In this document: positions 10,488-20,759 of the stretch, one piece after another
Layout: each line of letters starts with the position of its first letter
Numbering within the stretch: the first letter of the stretch is position 1
Origin: an uncultured Ectothiorhodospiraceae bacterium
Lineage (GTDB): Bacteria > Pseudomonadota > Gammaproteobacteria > CAMYNG01
DNA: 64,000 nucleotides
Reading direction: 5' to 3'
Assembly (NCBI GenBank): GCA_947259765.1
Contig: CAMYNG010000001.1
Coordinates: forward strand, 30,219 to 94,218
Program-made: the position numbers and the translations under genes
Notes under the pieces: model-generated
The model's input: the letters and a program-made list of their open reading frames with translations, nothing else
The model's database searches: none
What the model was told of the DNA's origin: nothing

Positions 10488-11426
10488 ATGACAAAGCGCT
10501 ACCTAAAGTACGCACTCGCCGCAGTTTTGTTGTTAATGATCGCCGACCTGGCAATCACTGCGAGCTATAAAAAAGACACCAAAATTCCGCGCAAGCTGCA
10601 GGGTGAACATGTGCAGATTAAGGAAGGCTTGTTGCGCGTGTCGCAAACAGGCGTTGGCCCGGACGTGCTTTTTATTCACGGTTCACTCGGCAGTCTCGAA
10701 GACCTTGACGCAGTAATTCCAAAGCTAAAGACACGTTACACGGTGACGACGTTTGATCGCATAGGCCATGGCTATAGTAGCCTCGCGCGCGAGTTTGCCG
10801 GCGTCAATTACAACGCTAAGGTAGTTAAACAGCTGATAGAAAAATTAAAGCTCAAGAATGTCATTGTTGTTGCACATTCCTACGGCGGAGCCGTCGCGCT
10901 TAAACTTGCAGTTGACGATACCCCTGAAATTACCAGCTATGTCTTACTGGCACCTGTAGGCTACGCACCTTATCCACGTAGTACGCTGGAGCGAATTCTT
11001 GCATTACGAGGTGTCGGGTTGGGGATGCTTTACGGCTTGCGACCCTTCATTGCACCATCCATGCTGAAGTCAGGATTGATTGCGGCGGTCTCCCCCAATC
11101 AGGACGAGATGCCGGAAAACTTTTTTAAATTTCGATTGCGCATGTGGAACAACACCGGAGTATTGCATACTCGTGTGCAGCAAACCTCCTTTATGAATGA
11201 TGAGCTTAAGGTTATTGCGCCGCACTATGACAGCATCAAACGTCCGGTTGCCATCCTTTTCGGCAAGAAGGATGCATTTCCAGAAATCATCCGCGACTCG
11301 CACCGGCTCGCAGAAACTATACCGCGCGCAAAATTGGTGGAACTCGATTCAAGCGGCCATTATTTACAATTTACCCAGCCTGCCGCGGTGGTCAAAGCCA
11401 TCGATAGTTTACGCTACGCGCGTTAG
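10488..11426 (+). CDS. Alpha/beta-fold hydrolase (membrane-anchored)
   Basis: It has an N-terminal hydrophobic helix, an HG oxyanion motif (LFIHGSLGS), the nucleophile elbow AHSYGGA, and a C-terminal SGHY motif. Confidence 0.8.
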   Translation: MTKRYLKYALAAVLLLMIADLAITASYKKDTKIPRKLQGEHVQIKEGLLRVSQTGVGPDVLFIHGSLGSLEDLDAVIPKLKTRYTVTTFDRIGHGYSSLAREFAGVNYNAKVVKQLIEKLKLKNVIVVAHSYGGAVALKLAVDDTPEITSYVLLAPVGYAPYPRSTLERILALRGVGLGMLYGLRPFIAPSMLKSGLIAAVSPNQDEMPENFFKFRLRMWNNTGVLHTRVQQTSFMNDELKVIAPHYDSIKRPVAILFGKKDAFPEIIRDSHRLAETIPRAKLVELDSSGHYLQFTQPAAVVKAIDSLRYAR

Positions 11427-11495
11427 CACCAAACACACACCCCTCACCGAAAGCAAACCTCCGGTGCAATGCTTTCCTGCATGTATCGTCAGCGT

Positions 11496-11711
11496 TCAGG
11501 CCAACGTCAAATACAGTGCAATAAGAAGAAGAACGACAGTCAGGGCCTGAATACCTACCCGGGCGCTCATAAATTGAGTCCCGTGCTTGCGGTCATATCC
11601 TCCTCCCATCACCATGGAGCTTATTCCTCCCCATAGCGCGGCGAAAGTTGCTATCAGACCAATTATGACCAATGTTGTCAGAAAAACAGATGTGGTAGTC
11701 ATCGCGGTCAC
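11496..11711 (-). CDS. Twin-transmembrane-helix small protein (HIG1-domain family)
   Basis: This is a 71-aa protein with two TM helices separated by GGGYDRKHGTQFMSARVGIQ, which resembles the HIG1 M-x-x-RV-x-x-Q motif. Confidence 0.7.
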   Translation of the reverse strand: MTAMTTTSVFLTTLVIIGLIATFAALWGGISSMVMGGGYDRKHGTQFMSARVGIQALTVVLLLIALYLTLA

Positions 11712-12049
11712 CTCTCACGTCTACGCCTCTAAGTATACTTTATTCCGGCGCTGTTATTGTTGATGCTAAACAACACAAGATGAAGTCCACCCGGGCAAAA
11801 TCACCGAATTTGAAATTAGGAGAATTTTCGGAGTGCCCAGGTCGGGAAACGCGGTGCTATTTTCTAATAACGTAGTAGCCGTTCTGAATATGGTACCGAG
11901 TCCATCCCCATCGCTATTACGTTGGCGTGTTGCGTTGGCAGGGAAGTTCGAACTCATCAAGGCCGTGTGTCCGCCGATCAGCTTCGTGAATATCGAAATT
12001 ATGTAGAGCTAATACTCAGCTAAACAGCGCCCGGACTGAATGCGCCTCC

Positions 12050-14296
12050 CTAGCGTGAATTTCCCGAAGCGGATGCCTTGTTTACGCGCTTGCGAATGTC
12101 TCCGAGTATTGCGCTGTCCTTGAAATAGGGTTCCACGGTATCGAGAATAGATTCAGCCTGAATAAACTGTTTATTTTGCAGTGCCCGCAGTGCTTGACCG
12201 GCGTAAAACTGCTCGATTCGCCGTAGCCCCCGTTTGGCCAATGGATTATTCGGATCCAAACGTAACACTTCCTGGTAAACGCTGTAGGCATTGCGTGCCG
12301 CAGGCTGGACAATTTTCCCGGACTTGAAGAATTCATCTGCTCTTAGCAATTGCGCAACAATACGTTCCTGGCTTCTGAGCGCCTGAGTGATATCTTTCTT
12401 TAGAGTGATAAGGTCTGTATGACCGGGATCGGCAGTCAGACCGTGCGTCGTTGTTTCCAGCGCTTCCGAGAGCTGGCTTGCCTTATGTTGCTGTAACGCG
12501 CGTTTGTAGAAGGTAAGCGCAATATCGCTTACAGCTTGTTGTGCTTCGGTGTTGCCTGGGTCGATAGTCAGTGCGGCACGTAAATCTTCCAGGGCGTTAG
12601 CGCCTTTCGGCGTAACAAGCGCATTTGACATACTGAAGTCACGCGCGCGCTGTAAATGGTAATGAAGTTGTTCTGCGCGGTGTATCCGCGCTTCAATATC
12701 AGTGTAGTTCTGGTTTCGTTCAACGGCCGGTGTGATTTCCGATAGCGCACTAAACAACATGCGAGCTTGTACAAAACTCCCGTTTAATAAGGTTGGGGGA
12801 ATCTTTTTCTCTAACCAGGTACGTAGCAAGATTATCCTTTGCCTGGCCTCGGAATCACCGGGATGCTGCTTTAGCCAGGACTGGTAGAGTTTGGCCAGTT
12901 TCGTACTATTTTCGGGTTGTTGATCAAGACTGGTCCAGAGTTGATCTGCGCGGTTGCGAAGTCGCGCAATTGTCGCGGCGAGCTCCGGCGAAATTTGTTT
13001 ACCGGTATCCAGTGCGACAGGTTCTAGTGCCGGGGATTCGGTCGCTGTTGCTTTTGCCTCGGGACGCTCTGCATCGTCCTCAACGCTGGGTGTGATTGTC
13101 GCCGCTTCCTGTGGTGACGGTAATTTGTCATCCTGTTGCGACTGAAGTAGTGCGATAAGCCAGGGGCGAACGTCAGTTTGCCAATACGTGTTCAGTTCCG
13201 TCTGATAAAAATAACCGGCTACCAGCATCCCCACCAGCGCAGGAACCAGCAGCAAACGTCGTCGCCGCTTTTTAAGATACCGAAAATCCTTTGAGTCCGT
13301 GATATCAAGCGGTGCAACCGGTTCCGAAGCGTACATGCGCGCCGAAGCACCCGAGGTGGATTTTAGGTGTGCGGTGGAAACGGGTTGGCCGACCAACGTA
13401 TCGGCTTTTGGATCTACGTCTGCCTTACGTAGCGCAACCTCTTTGGCATCAAAGTAATCCAGTTCGGAATCGGATACTGTTTCCAGGGCCTGCAAAAATT
13501 CCTGTGCAGTTTGAAAACGATGTGCAGGATCCTTGGCCATGCATGTGTTAATTACATGCTGAAATCCATCCAGGCCATCCGGCAGCACCGGTATGGGTTC
13601 GGAAATATGCTTAATACCGACGGCCACCATGGACGGGCCGTCGTAGGGCACATGACCTGACAAGGCCTGGAACAGCACCACACCGAGGCTGTATAGGTCG
13701 GATCGATTGTCGACCGCGGTGCCTTTGGTTTGCTCCGGACTCATGTAGTACGGCGTACCCATGGCGCGCCCACTCACGGTTAACCCGCTGCTCACCTCGT
13801 CACCCCGCGCAAGGCCGAAATCCGTCAGGATCGCGCGACCGTCCTCATGCAACATGATGTTTTCCGGTTTGATGTCGCGATGGACGTAGCCTTTGCTGCC
13901 GGCGCATACCAGGGCTCGTGCGACCTGCTTGACGACTTCGACCTTTTGTTTGCGAGACAGGAGGTCGCGCGCCTGCTTGAGATTTTTACCGGGAACGTAC
14001 TCCATAGCCATGTAGTGGTGGCCAAGGTGAACGCCTGCGTCATAGACCGTGATGATATTCGGGTGAGTGAGGCGGCTGACGATGCGTGCCTCGCGCAGGA
14101 AGCGGTCGGAGAAGGTACCGTCACCGTGATAAGGGGCCAGGACCTTGAGGGCAACCTCGCGACCGATGCTGTCCTGAATAGCCAGGTACACTGTCGCCAT
14201 GCCGCCGCGGCCGAGGATGTCCTTGATCCGGTAACCCGGGATCTGGATGACCGACGCCACCGGGTTTGGCTCAGATTGTTGCTTGTGTGCCGTCAT
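12050..14296 (-). CDS. Hanks-type Ser/Thr protein kinase with a transmembrane segment and a TPR-like C-terminal domain
   Basis: Kinase motifs are present: GRGGMATVY (P-loop), ALKVL (Lys), HRDIKPENIM (catalytic loop), DFG, and GTPYYMSPEQ. A TM helix follows (LLLVPALVGMLVAGYFY), then a ~380-aa helical-repeat region. Confidence 0.9.
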   Translation of the reverse strand: MTAHKQQSEPNPVASVIQIPGYRIKDILGRGGMATVYLAIQDSIGREVALKVLAPYHGDGTFSDRFLREARIVSRLTHPNIITVYDAGVHLGHHYMAMEYVPGKNLKQARDLLSRKQKVEVVKQVARALVCAGSKGYVHRDIKPENIMLHEDGRAILTDFGLARGDEVSSGLTVSGRAMGTPYYMSPEQTKGTAVDNRSDLYSLGVVLFQALSGHVPYDGPSMVAVGIKHISEPIPVLPDGLDGFQHVINTCMAKDPAHRFQTAQEFLQALETVSDSELDYFDAKEVALRKADVDPKADTLVGQPVSTAHLKSTSGASARMYASEPVAPLDITDSKDFRYLKKRRRRLLLVPALVGMLVAGYFYQTELNTYWQTDVRPWLIALLQSQQDDKLPSPQEAATITPSVEDDAERPEAKATATESPALEPVALDTGKQISPELAATIARLRNRADQLWTSLDQQPENSTKLAKLYQSWLKQHPGDSEARQRIILLRTWLEKKIPPTLLNGSFVQARMLFSALSEITPAVERNQNYTDIEARIHRAEQLHYHLQRARDFSMSNALVTPKGANALEDLRAALTIDPGNTEAQQAVSDIALTFYKRALQQHKASQLSEALETTTHGLTADPGHTDLITLKKDITQALRSQERIVAQLLRADEFFKSGKIVQPAARNAYSVYQEVLRLDPNNPLAKRGLRRIEQFYAGQALRALQNKQFIQAESILDTVEPYFKDSAILGDIRKRVNKASASGNSR

Positions 14297-14591
14297 TGTC
14301 AGCGTTTATGTACCAAGCATAAAATCTTTATTAAACAATCAGTTATAGATTATTCTGCAGAATTGTCGGGAACGAGGTCGTGCCACAAGTCCCTGCTCTC
14401 AGGTTATCGACACCTGGGGGCGATTTTGTAGAAAAATCAGCCGGCTGTGGGGATGTGAGTGCCGGGATTAATTTACACGAACATTGTGGACATTTTGTGA
14501 AAACATTGCAAAACGAGGTGCTACGCGGGACCAGTATGCGTGGGCCGAAACGCCCACCCGGCATCGCGGGTGGGCATTGCGGCACACGAAA

Positions 14592-15074
14592 CTATTTCAT
14601 CAACGGGATTTCCTGGCTTAGCTCAAGGGAGGCCTTGGCCTCGAGCTTATTCTCAATCTGGTAATAACGCGCGACCTTCTTTTTCGGCAGAACTTTTTCG
14701 AACTTCTTCAGATAGTTCTTTTTCTCCTCGATCCGCGCCTGCTCCACATCCAGGAACTCGCTGATGAGTTGGTGTGCCTTGTCATCGGTTAGCTGCTCAT
14801 AATTCCTGGCATAGTCCTTAATCAGTTTCAAGGTCCGTTGATCCAGTTTATTCAGCTCTTTTTGATACGAATCGTAGACAGGCCAGAAAGCGGTTTTCTC
14901 CGCAGAAGTCATATCCATGTTTTGCAGAACCACCATCTTTTTCTGCATTACCATCATCTTTTTCTGGGTATCAACGATTTCGCGGCCCAGTTGGATTTCG
15001 TCGCTGGTTTGTGCCACCAGCGACATAGGCGCAACGAGCAAAGATAGCACCAGAATTCGAAAAATTGCCTTCAT
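14592..15074 (-). CDS. Hypothetical periplasmic helical protein
   Basis: The signal peptide is MKAIFRILVLSLLVAPMSLVAQ. The remainder is Lys/Glu/Met-rich helical sequence (KKMMVMQKKMVVLQ). I recognise no family. Confidence 0.55.
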   Translation of the reverse strand: MKAIFRILVLSLLVAPMSLVAQTSDEIQLGREIVDTQKKMMVMQKKMVVLQNMDMTSAEKTAFWPVYDSYQKELNKLDQRTLKLIKDYARNYEQLTDDKAHQLISEFLDVEQARIEEKKNYLKKFEKVLPKKKVARYYQIENKLEAKASLELSQEIPLMK

Positions 15075-15305
15075 AATTGACTCCATTTAGCTTTTGCCGG
15101 TTCCGTTTATCGAGTAATACAAATGCGAATATCCATCTTACTGATTCATTCGGGGAACCGCATTCGAAGAGTGTATAGCGTCTGTGTAAGCAGGGGCCGT
15201 ATTATAGAGAGGTGTCCAGGTGGAAATCTACTGTAGAATCGGTATTTCAGATTAGTATTAGTCATTGACGCCGAACAACGGTTTCGGCGTGAGTTGGAGT
15301 AGCGT

Positions 15306-15752
15306 GTGCAAATTTGGGTGGATGCGGATGCCTGTCCCAATCCTATTAAGGATATCCTGTTTCGGGTGGCAAAAAAGCGCGAAATTGATGTAACCCTGGT
15401 TGCGAATCGGCCACTGCAAACACCTCGATCACCATTTATTTACACTCGGGTTGTTACCGCAGGGTTTGATGTCGCGGATGATTTTATTGCCGCGGAAGTT
15501 CAGACTGGGGACTTGGTCATTACCGCAGATATTCCATTGGCGGCAAGTGTTATCGAAAAAGGCTGTTACGCCTTGAGTCCGCGGGGGGAGCTCTTTAGCA
15601 AGGAAAATATCAGAGAGCGTCTCAATATACGTGATTTCATGGATCAACTACGCGGCAGCGGCGTTGTCACCGGCGGGCCAAAATCCTTCAGCCACAGGGA
15701 TCGCCACGCATTTGCAAATGAATTGGATCGATTTCTTGCCAGGATGGTTTAA
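15306..15752 (+). CDS. yaiI: YaiI/YqxD-family protein (UPF0178)
   Basis: It has a GTG start. The N-terminus [20 protein letters not shown] and the internal ADDFI....[12 protein letters not shown] are characteristic of UPF0178. Confidence 0.85.
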   Translation: MQIWVDADACPNPIKDILFRVAKKREIDVTLVANRPLQTPRSPFIYTRVVTAGFDVADDFIAAEVQTGDLVITADIPLAASVIEKGCYALSPRGELFSKENIRERLNIRDFMDQLRGSGVVTGGPKSFSHRDRHAFANELDRFLARMV

Positions 15753-15767
15753 CTCACGCTACAAGTC

Positions 15768-15789
15768 GAACCCGCATAGCCGGGGTTTT
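15768..15789 (+). terminator. Possible rho-independent terminator after yaiI
   Basis: The sequence gAACCCGcatagcCGGGGTTTT has a 6-bp GC stem, a 6-nt loop and a T run, 16 nt after the stop codon. The stem is short. Confidence 0.35.
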
Positions 15790-15903
15790 GGCTGTATTTC
15801 AAGGTGCGTCCAAACTAGAATAGACAGTCTATTTCGGCATAAATTTGAATCAAATCCAGTTCGTTAATGCACAAACATTTTCCCCATCGTCGAGAGAATT
15901 CCA

Positions 15904-16779
15904 ATGAAGTTGAGTAGTCAGATCCTTTTGTTTTTTTTCGTTTTCGGATTGCCGATATTCGCGTCGGCGCACAATGAACGGACCGATAACTCCTGGTGGT
16001 GGAGCGATGCCTGGTGGCGCGACGGCAAGCTCAGTGAACCGAAAAACTACGAATTGGAAACAAGCTGGACAAGTTATGAAAGTAATGGTGTCGACATACC
16101 TGCGATGATCGTGAGACCCAAGCAGAAGGGAAAATTTCCCGCGGTTTTTTTCCAACACGGACGGCGCGGGCTCGACGAATTGGTGCAGCGATTAGCCAAA
16201 CGGATTGCTGCGCGTGGTTTCGTTGTACTGGCACCCGATATTTATAAGGCACATTTTATCGGTACACATCCTGTTGAGCATGACTATGACCTCGAAAAGG
16301 ACGTAAACAAAGGTCTGGACGTATTATTGGCGCGCAAAGATATCAGTACCTCACGTGCTTGCCTGTATTCGCACACGCGTGGTGGTTACTACACGCTCAA
16401 GGTAGCCACAACCTTCGGCCGGCAGAATAAGGATGTTGCCTGCTATGTGTCCTACTATCCGCACTTGCAGGATCCCAATGCGCCTGAGCCGTCTCAAGTC
16501 TACGGTTACGCACCGGAAATTGAACAACTCAAAATACCGGTTCTGGTTTTTATCGGTGATGAGGAACAATACCAGCGTCGTCGGGTGATCGAGACCAGTA
16601 TTAAGGTACTAAAAGATCGGAAACGCGATGCGCGCGTAATTATCTACCCGGGTGTCGGACGGGGTTTCGATTTTCGACCGGAAAACGTGCGCACGTTTGC
16701 CGATGACCTGGCCTCAAAAGACGCCGTACAACGGGCTGCCGAGTTTATTAACCAGCATCTTGCCCCATACAAGCATTAA
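15904..16779 (+). CDS. Secreted dienelactone-hydrolase-family protein
   Basis: A signal peptide is present. DLH-like blocks follow (FPAVFFQHGRRG, LAKRIAARGFVVLAPDIY, SHTRGGY, PVLVFIGDEE). Confidence 0.75.
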   Translation: MKLSSQILLFFFVFGLPIFASAHNERTDNSWWWSDAWWRDGKLSEPKNYELETSWTSYESNGVDIPAMIVRPKQKGKFPAVFFQHGRRGLDELVQRLAKRIAARGFVVLAPDIYKAHFIGTHPVEHDYDLEKDVNKGLDVLLARKDISTSRACLYSHTRGGYYTLKVATTFGRQNKDVACYVSYYPHLQDPNAPEPSQVYGYAPEIEQLKIPVLVFIGDEEQYQRRRVIETSIKVLKDRKRDARVIIYPGVGRGFDFRPENVRTFADDLASKDAVQRAAEFINQHLAPYKH

Positions 16780-16799
16780 AAAAATTATCTTGTAGGACT

Positions 16800-17492
16800 T
16801 TAAACTGGAGCCGTAACAGCTTGCCCGGTAGGTGCGGATTTGTGGGAAAAGCGGAAAATAAACGCAAAATGAAAACCCAGGCCAAACAGAACAGCAACAT
16901 GAAAAATTTCATGCGGTCCAATTACTCCGGGGATGAGTTCCGGGCCGCGCGTAAACTCAAGTAATGCGCCAAACGTATATGCCAGCGCACCATAGACTAA
17001 CGGTTTAATAAAACCGAATCCAAAACGCCGGTATAATAACAACGCAGAAATGGCGCCCAGCCAACCCAGGCCGAGATAAAAAGTAAGGCCGAGCCATTCC
17101 GAAAAGTCGTTGAAGAAAATTGACTTTAACGTGATACCGGTAATGGCGAATCCCCAGATTGCCAGTAACATGCCCCAGCGCCAGGGGCCTTTGAACAAGA
17201 TTGCATGCACCGGCGTAAACGTACCCGCAATAAGCAAAAATATCCCGGCATGATCAAGACGCTGTAGTACGTCACGTCCGACTCCCTGTGACAGCAAATG
17301 AAACACGCCACTCATGGACAACAAAAACACGCTGGAAAATATAAACAAACCCAATGCCAGCATACGACCGGAGTGTCCCCGGCCGCGTACGATCAACCAA
17401 ATGCCCAGGCAAAGAAAAACTCCGGAGGCAAGAAGATGGCTTAACGAACTAAAGGGTTCGCTAAATCCGGGTATGGAGTAAACGGGGTGCAA
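16800..17492 (-). CDS. Hemolysin-III / PAQR-family membrane protein
   Basis: The protein has seven predicted TM segments. Conserved His/Asp positions match the YqfA/HlyIII family (SSLSHLL, QRLDHAGIFLLIAGTFTP, EIFHVAVLFG). Confidence 0.85.
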   Translation of the reverse strand: MHPVYSIPGFSEPFSSLSHLLASGVFLCLGIWLIVRGRGHSGRMLALGLFIFSSVFLLSMSGVFHLLSQGVGRDVLQRLDHAGIFLLIAGTFTPVHAILFKGPWRWGMLLAIWGFAITGITLKSIFFNDFSEWLGLTFYLGLGWLGAISALLLYRRFGFGFIKPLVYGALAYTFGALLEFTRGPELIPGVIGPHEIFHVAVLFGLGFHFAFIFRFSHKSAPTGQAVTAPV

Positions 17493-17645
17493 AATCGAAC
17501 TCTTGTTAAAAATCGGTAAACGCGAACATTTTGTCTGAGGATGGTGATTAGTTTAGTCCCTAAGCGGGAACGGTACCACCATAGCATCTCCCAAATACCA
17601 ATGACTTAACTATGTTGTCGCGAGAAGGTACACGTTTTCAGTGAC

Positions 17646-19160
17646 CTAGGTTGATTGACCTAGCCGCAACCCTTTCGGAACAACCCAGCGCTCGGCAAAC
17701 TCAAACATCCCCTGTACGGCCAATGCCAGCAGGGCTGCGGGTACGGCGCCCTGCAGAATCAGGCCGATATCATCCAGCCGAATACCGGTCAGTATGGGCT
17801 GGCCGTAACCACCTGCTCCAATCAAAGCTGCAAGTGTAGCAGTACCGACATTGATCACCGCAGAGGTTTTGATTCCGGCCATCACCGTGCGCGCGGCAAG
17901 GGGCAGTTCAATCAAGCGCAAGCGAGCGGAGTCCGGTAGTCCGAGCGCGATGGCAGAGTCGTGAATGGCCGGAGTGATATCGCGCAAACCGGAATACGTA
18001 TTGCGAATGATGGGTAACAAACTATAAAGAAACAGTGCCGCCACCGCCGGCGGTCCACCGATTCCTAATACGGGGATCATAAAAACAAAAAGCGCCAACG
18101 AAGGTATAGTTTGAATCACGCTGACAGTACCCAAAATAACTTTGCCCGCTCTGGGACGTCTTGCCGACCAGATACCCAATGGAACGGCAACCACGATTGC
18201 CGCGCTCAGGGAGATGACGACCAACAGCAGATGGTCGCGTGTGTTAGTGATTAGGCGCTGCCAGGCGGACTGGCTGGTGATAGTCGGGGTGACGCCAAAG
18301 TGTTTGGTAACAAATTCGCTTGCCACGTGCGCGTCAGGTTGTTGCTGTAGTTTCACCTGACTGTTCATCTTAACCATAGTGTGCTCGTTAATCCTCCCCG
18401 CCAGCTGGTTGATCAAGCTAACAAGTTCAGGCGCACGGGTTACCAGATCCGAGCGGTACAGGATCACGGCGTTGTAATCAGGAAAGAACTGGCGATCGTC
18501 CTCCAGGGTGTGAATATCGTAGTAAGAAATCTCGGCGTCCGTGTTGTAAAGATCAATCGCGTCCAGGGTACCGGTTGCAATGGCCCGATACGCCAGATCA
18601 TGATCCAGGCCGCGAACTTCGGTTTGTGGCAAGCCGTAGTGACGTTTCAAACCCGGCCAACCGTCGTGCCGATTAAGAAATTCGCTACCAAACCCCAACA
18701 CTAAGTCCGGAAAACGTTTCAGATCCGAAATTTTTTTAAGCCCAAGTGATTCAGCACGCTTGCGAGTAACACCAATTGCATAGGTATTATTAAATCCCAG
18801 TGGCGGTGACGCAGTCAGTCCCTTCGTCGCAAGCGCGGCACGTAACTGTGCCGGCGTATCCAGTGACCTGCCGACAAAAATTTCCTGTCGCAGGGTACCG
18901 GTATATTCGGGGTAAATATCAATCTCACCGGAAAGTAAGCCGTTCCAGAGTATTCGCGTACCGCCTAACTCCTTTTTATGGACTACGGGAATCGTGGCGG
19001 AGTCTGCGAGCAAGCGGACGATTTCGCCAAGAATCACTGACTCGGTGAATTTTTTTGACCCGACAACAACCGTTGTCCTATTTTCAGTTTCCGCAAACGT
19101 AGGAGAAATAAGTCCTAGCAAAACCAAGATAAACAGAATTTTTCTCCAGCGGACGCTCAT
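17646..19160 (-). CDS. Osmoprotectant (glycine betaine/choline-type) ABC transporter, fused substrate-binding and permease protein
   Basis: A signal peptide precedes an OpuAC-type binding domain (VVVGSKKFTESVILGEI...IDIYPEYTGT). The C-terminal half is a six-TM permease with an EAA-like loop (AIALGLPDSARLRLIELPLA). Confidence 0.9.
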   Translation of the reverse strand: MSVRWRKILFILVLLGLISPTFAETENRTTVVVGSKKFTESVILGEIVRLLADSATIPVVHKKELGGTRILWNGLLSGEIDIYPEYTGTLRQEIFVGRSLDTPAQLRAALATKGLTASPPLGFNNTYAIGVTRKRAESLGLKKISDLKRFPDLVLGFGSEFLNRHDGWPGLKRHYGLPQTEVRGLDHDLAYRAIATGTLDAIDLYNTDAEISYYDIHTLEDDRQFFPDYNAVILYRSDLVTRAPELVSLINQLAGRINEHTMVKMNSQVKLQQQPDAHVASEFVTKHFGVTPTITSQSAWQRLITNTRDHLLLVVISLSAAIVVAVPLGIWSARRPRAGKVILGTVSVIQTIPSLALFVFMIPVLGIGGPPAVAALFLYSLLPIIRNTYSGLRDITPAIHDSAIALGLPDSARLRLIELPLAARTVMAGIKTSAVINVGTATLAALIGAGGYGQPILTGIRLDDIGLILQGAVPAALLALAVQGMFEFAERWVVPKGLRLGQST

Positions 19161-19912
19161 GAAATTGCCTCGTTTAGCAAGCGTTGGGGTTCACGCTGCG
19201 CGGCAAAAAACTCGCGGACAAAATTATTAACCGGCTGCTTAGCGAGCTCAGCAAAACTGCCTTGTTGAACAATCACTCCATCGCGCATCAACACTAAGTG
19301 ATGACCAAAATAGGCCGCCTCAGCGAGGTCATGGGTAACCAGCACAACGGTTTTGTTCAACTGCTCGAAAAGTACCTTGAGATCTTGTTGCAGCGCAAAG
19401 CGTATCATCGGGTCAAGCGCTCCGAGCGGTTCATCCAGGAGCAACAGTTCCGGGTCCAGCATTAATGCACGCATCAAGCTTACCCGCTGGCGTTGCCCTC
19501 CCGACAACTGCGCCGGATAACGAGACAACAGATCGGCCGGTAGCCGAACAAGTTCGCGTACTTCTTGTAGCCGTCGCTGGATCCGGGTTTCCGGCCAACG
19601 CAATTGTTTTGCCATGAGGCTGGCATTTGATTGCACGGTGAGATGTGGAAACAATCCGCCTTCCTGAATGACATACCCCATCCGTTGGCGGAGCAGGGGT
19701 AAACTGCTTGGACTCAAAGGTGTGTCGTCGAAACGAATTTCACCGGAGTCAGGTTGCAGCAATCCGATAGCCAAGCGAAGCAACGTGGACTTACCGCAGC
19801 CACTTGGACCAATGAGAACGCTGCTCCTGTGTGGTTCAACCGCCAAATCAAGAGACTGTATGGCGTCTAGAGAATGGAAGCGTTTACTTACGTCTGAAAA
19901 CTGCAACATCAA
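19157..19912 (-). CDS. Osmoprotectant ABC transporter ATP-binding protein
   Basis: It carries Walker A GPSGCGKST, the signature LSGGQRQRV, and Walker B LLLLDEP. A 4-nt overlap with the downstream permease gene supports an operon. Confidence 0.9.
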   Translation of the reverse strand: MMLQFSDVSKRFHSLDAIQSLDLAVEPHRSSVLIGPSGCGKSTLLRLAIGLLQPDSGEIRFDDTPLSPSSLPLLRQRMGYVIQEGGLFPHLTVQSNASLMAKQLRWPETRIQRRLQEVRELVRLPADLLSRYPAQLSGGQRQRVSLMRALMLDPELLLLDEPLGALDPMIRFALQQDLKVLFEQLNKTVVLVTHDLAEAAYFGHHLVLMRDGVIVQQGSFAELAKQPVNNFVREFFAAQREPQRLLNEAIS

Positions 19913-20163
19913 TTAGAATCTCGTTCGTGTTCACGACTGCGCCCAGCTTACTTGAAGAACTCATGGACTGCGTCAAGAGTGTACATTGCCCAAAATTATT
20001 TCGAGCGTGGTACATCGTTTTTACTTAAATTGAGTCTAAATCTATATCCCAAAATGTGCCAACTTTGCTGAAGATTCATGGCTCAAAATGTATAGTCTGC
20101 CGTACGGGTGGCACAGCCCGTTGTTACAAGGAACGAAACAAACCAGCGTAGAGGAGAGGACCA

Positions 20164-20577
20164 ATGACGCCAGAGCAGAAGAATCTTGTAAGAACCACCT
20201 GGGAAAGTGTACGACCCATTTCCGATAAGGCCGCAGAGTTGTTCTATCAGCGATTGTTTGAGCTTGATCCCGGACTAAAAGAACTCTTCCATATTGATAT
20301 GCACGAGCAGGGGCAACGGTTGATGAACGCGTTAAATTCCGCTGTTTTGTCCCTGGACGATATCGAGTCGATTATTCCTGTTCTGCGCGCAAGTGGGCGC
20401 CGTCATGCTGATTATGGGGTGAAAAACGAGGACTATGAAACCGTAGGAGAGGCGTTTCTATGGACTCTGGAGCAAGGTTTGCAAGACGCGTTCACACCCG
20501 AAGTGAAAGCTGCTTGGACCGAGGTCTACGGCGTGGTTGCAGGAACCATGCAGGATGGCGCTGCGCAAGCTGCTTAA
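20164..20577 (+). CDS. Single-domain bacterial globin
   Basis: The N-terminus has the globin pattern (LVRTTWESVRPISDKAAELFYQRLFELDPGLKELF). A proximal-His region (GRRHADYGV) is present. GGAGAGGA lies upstream of the start. Confidence 0.8.
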   Translation: MTPEQKNLVRTTWESVRPISDKAAELFYQRLFELDPGLKELFHIDMHEQGQRLMNALNSAVLSLDDIESIIPVLRASGRRHADYGVKNEDYETVGEAFLWTLEQGLQDAFTPEVKAAWTEVYGVVAGTMQDGAAQAA

Positions 20578-20759
20578 CGCGCAATGTGGTGGGTGTGCCC
20601 CCCAGCTCAAGGCATGCCCACCATGTCAATTACGTACGACGTACTAGCGTTTAAGCAGGATTTAGTGGCTAGGGTCTGCGAATCCATTCTTTGTACAACT
20701 TAATAATGCTAAGTGATTGAAATTTATTCTTTATTGAATAACTTTAAGAACATTTGTTT

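Noticed and set aside
14530-14585. Overlapping GC hairpins (gtgggccgaaacgcccac and ccacccggcatcgcgggtgg) just downstream of the 14592-15074 gene's stop on the minus strand.
   Set aside because: No U tract follows on the transcribed strand, so I do not call an intrinsic terminator. They may still be a stabilising structure.
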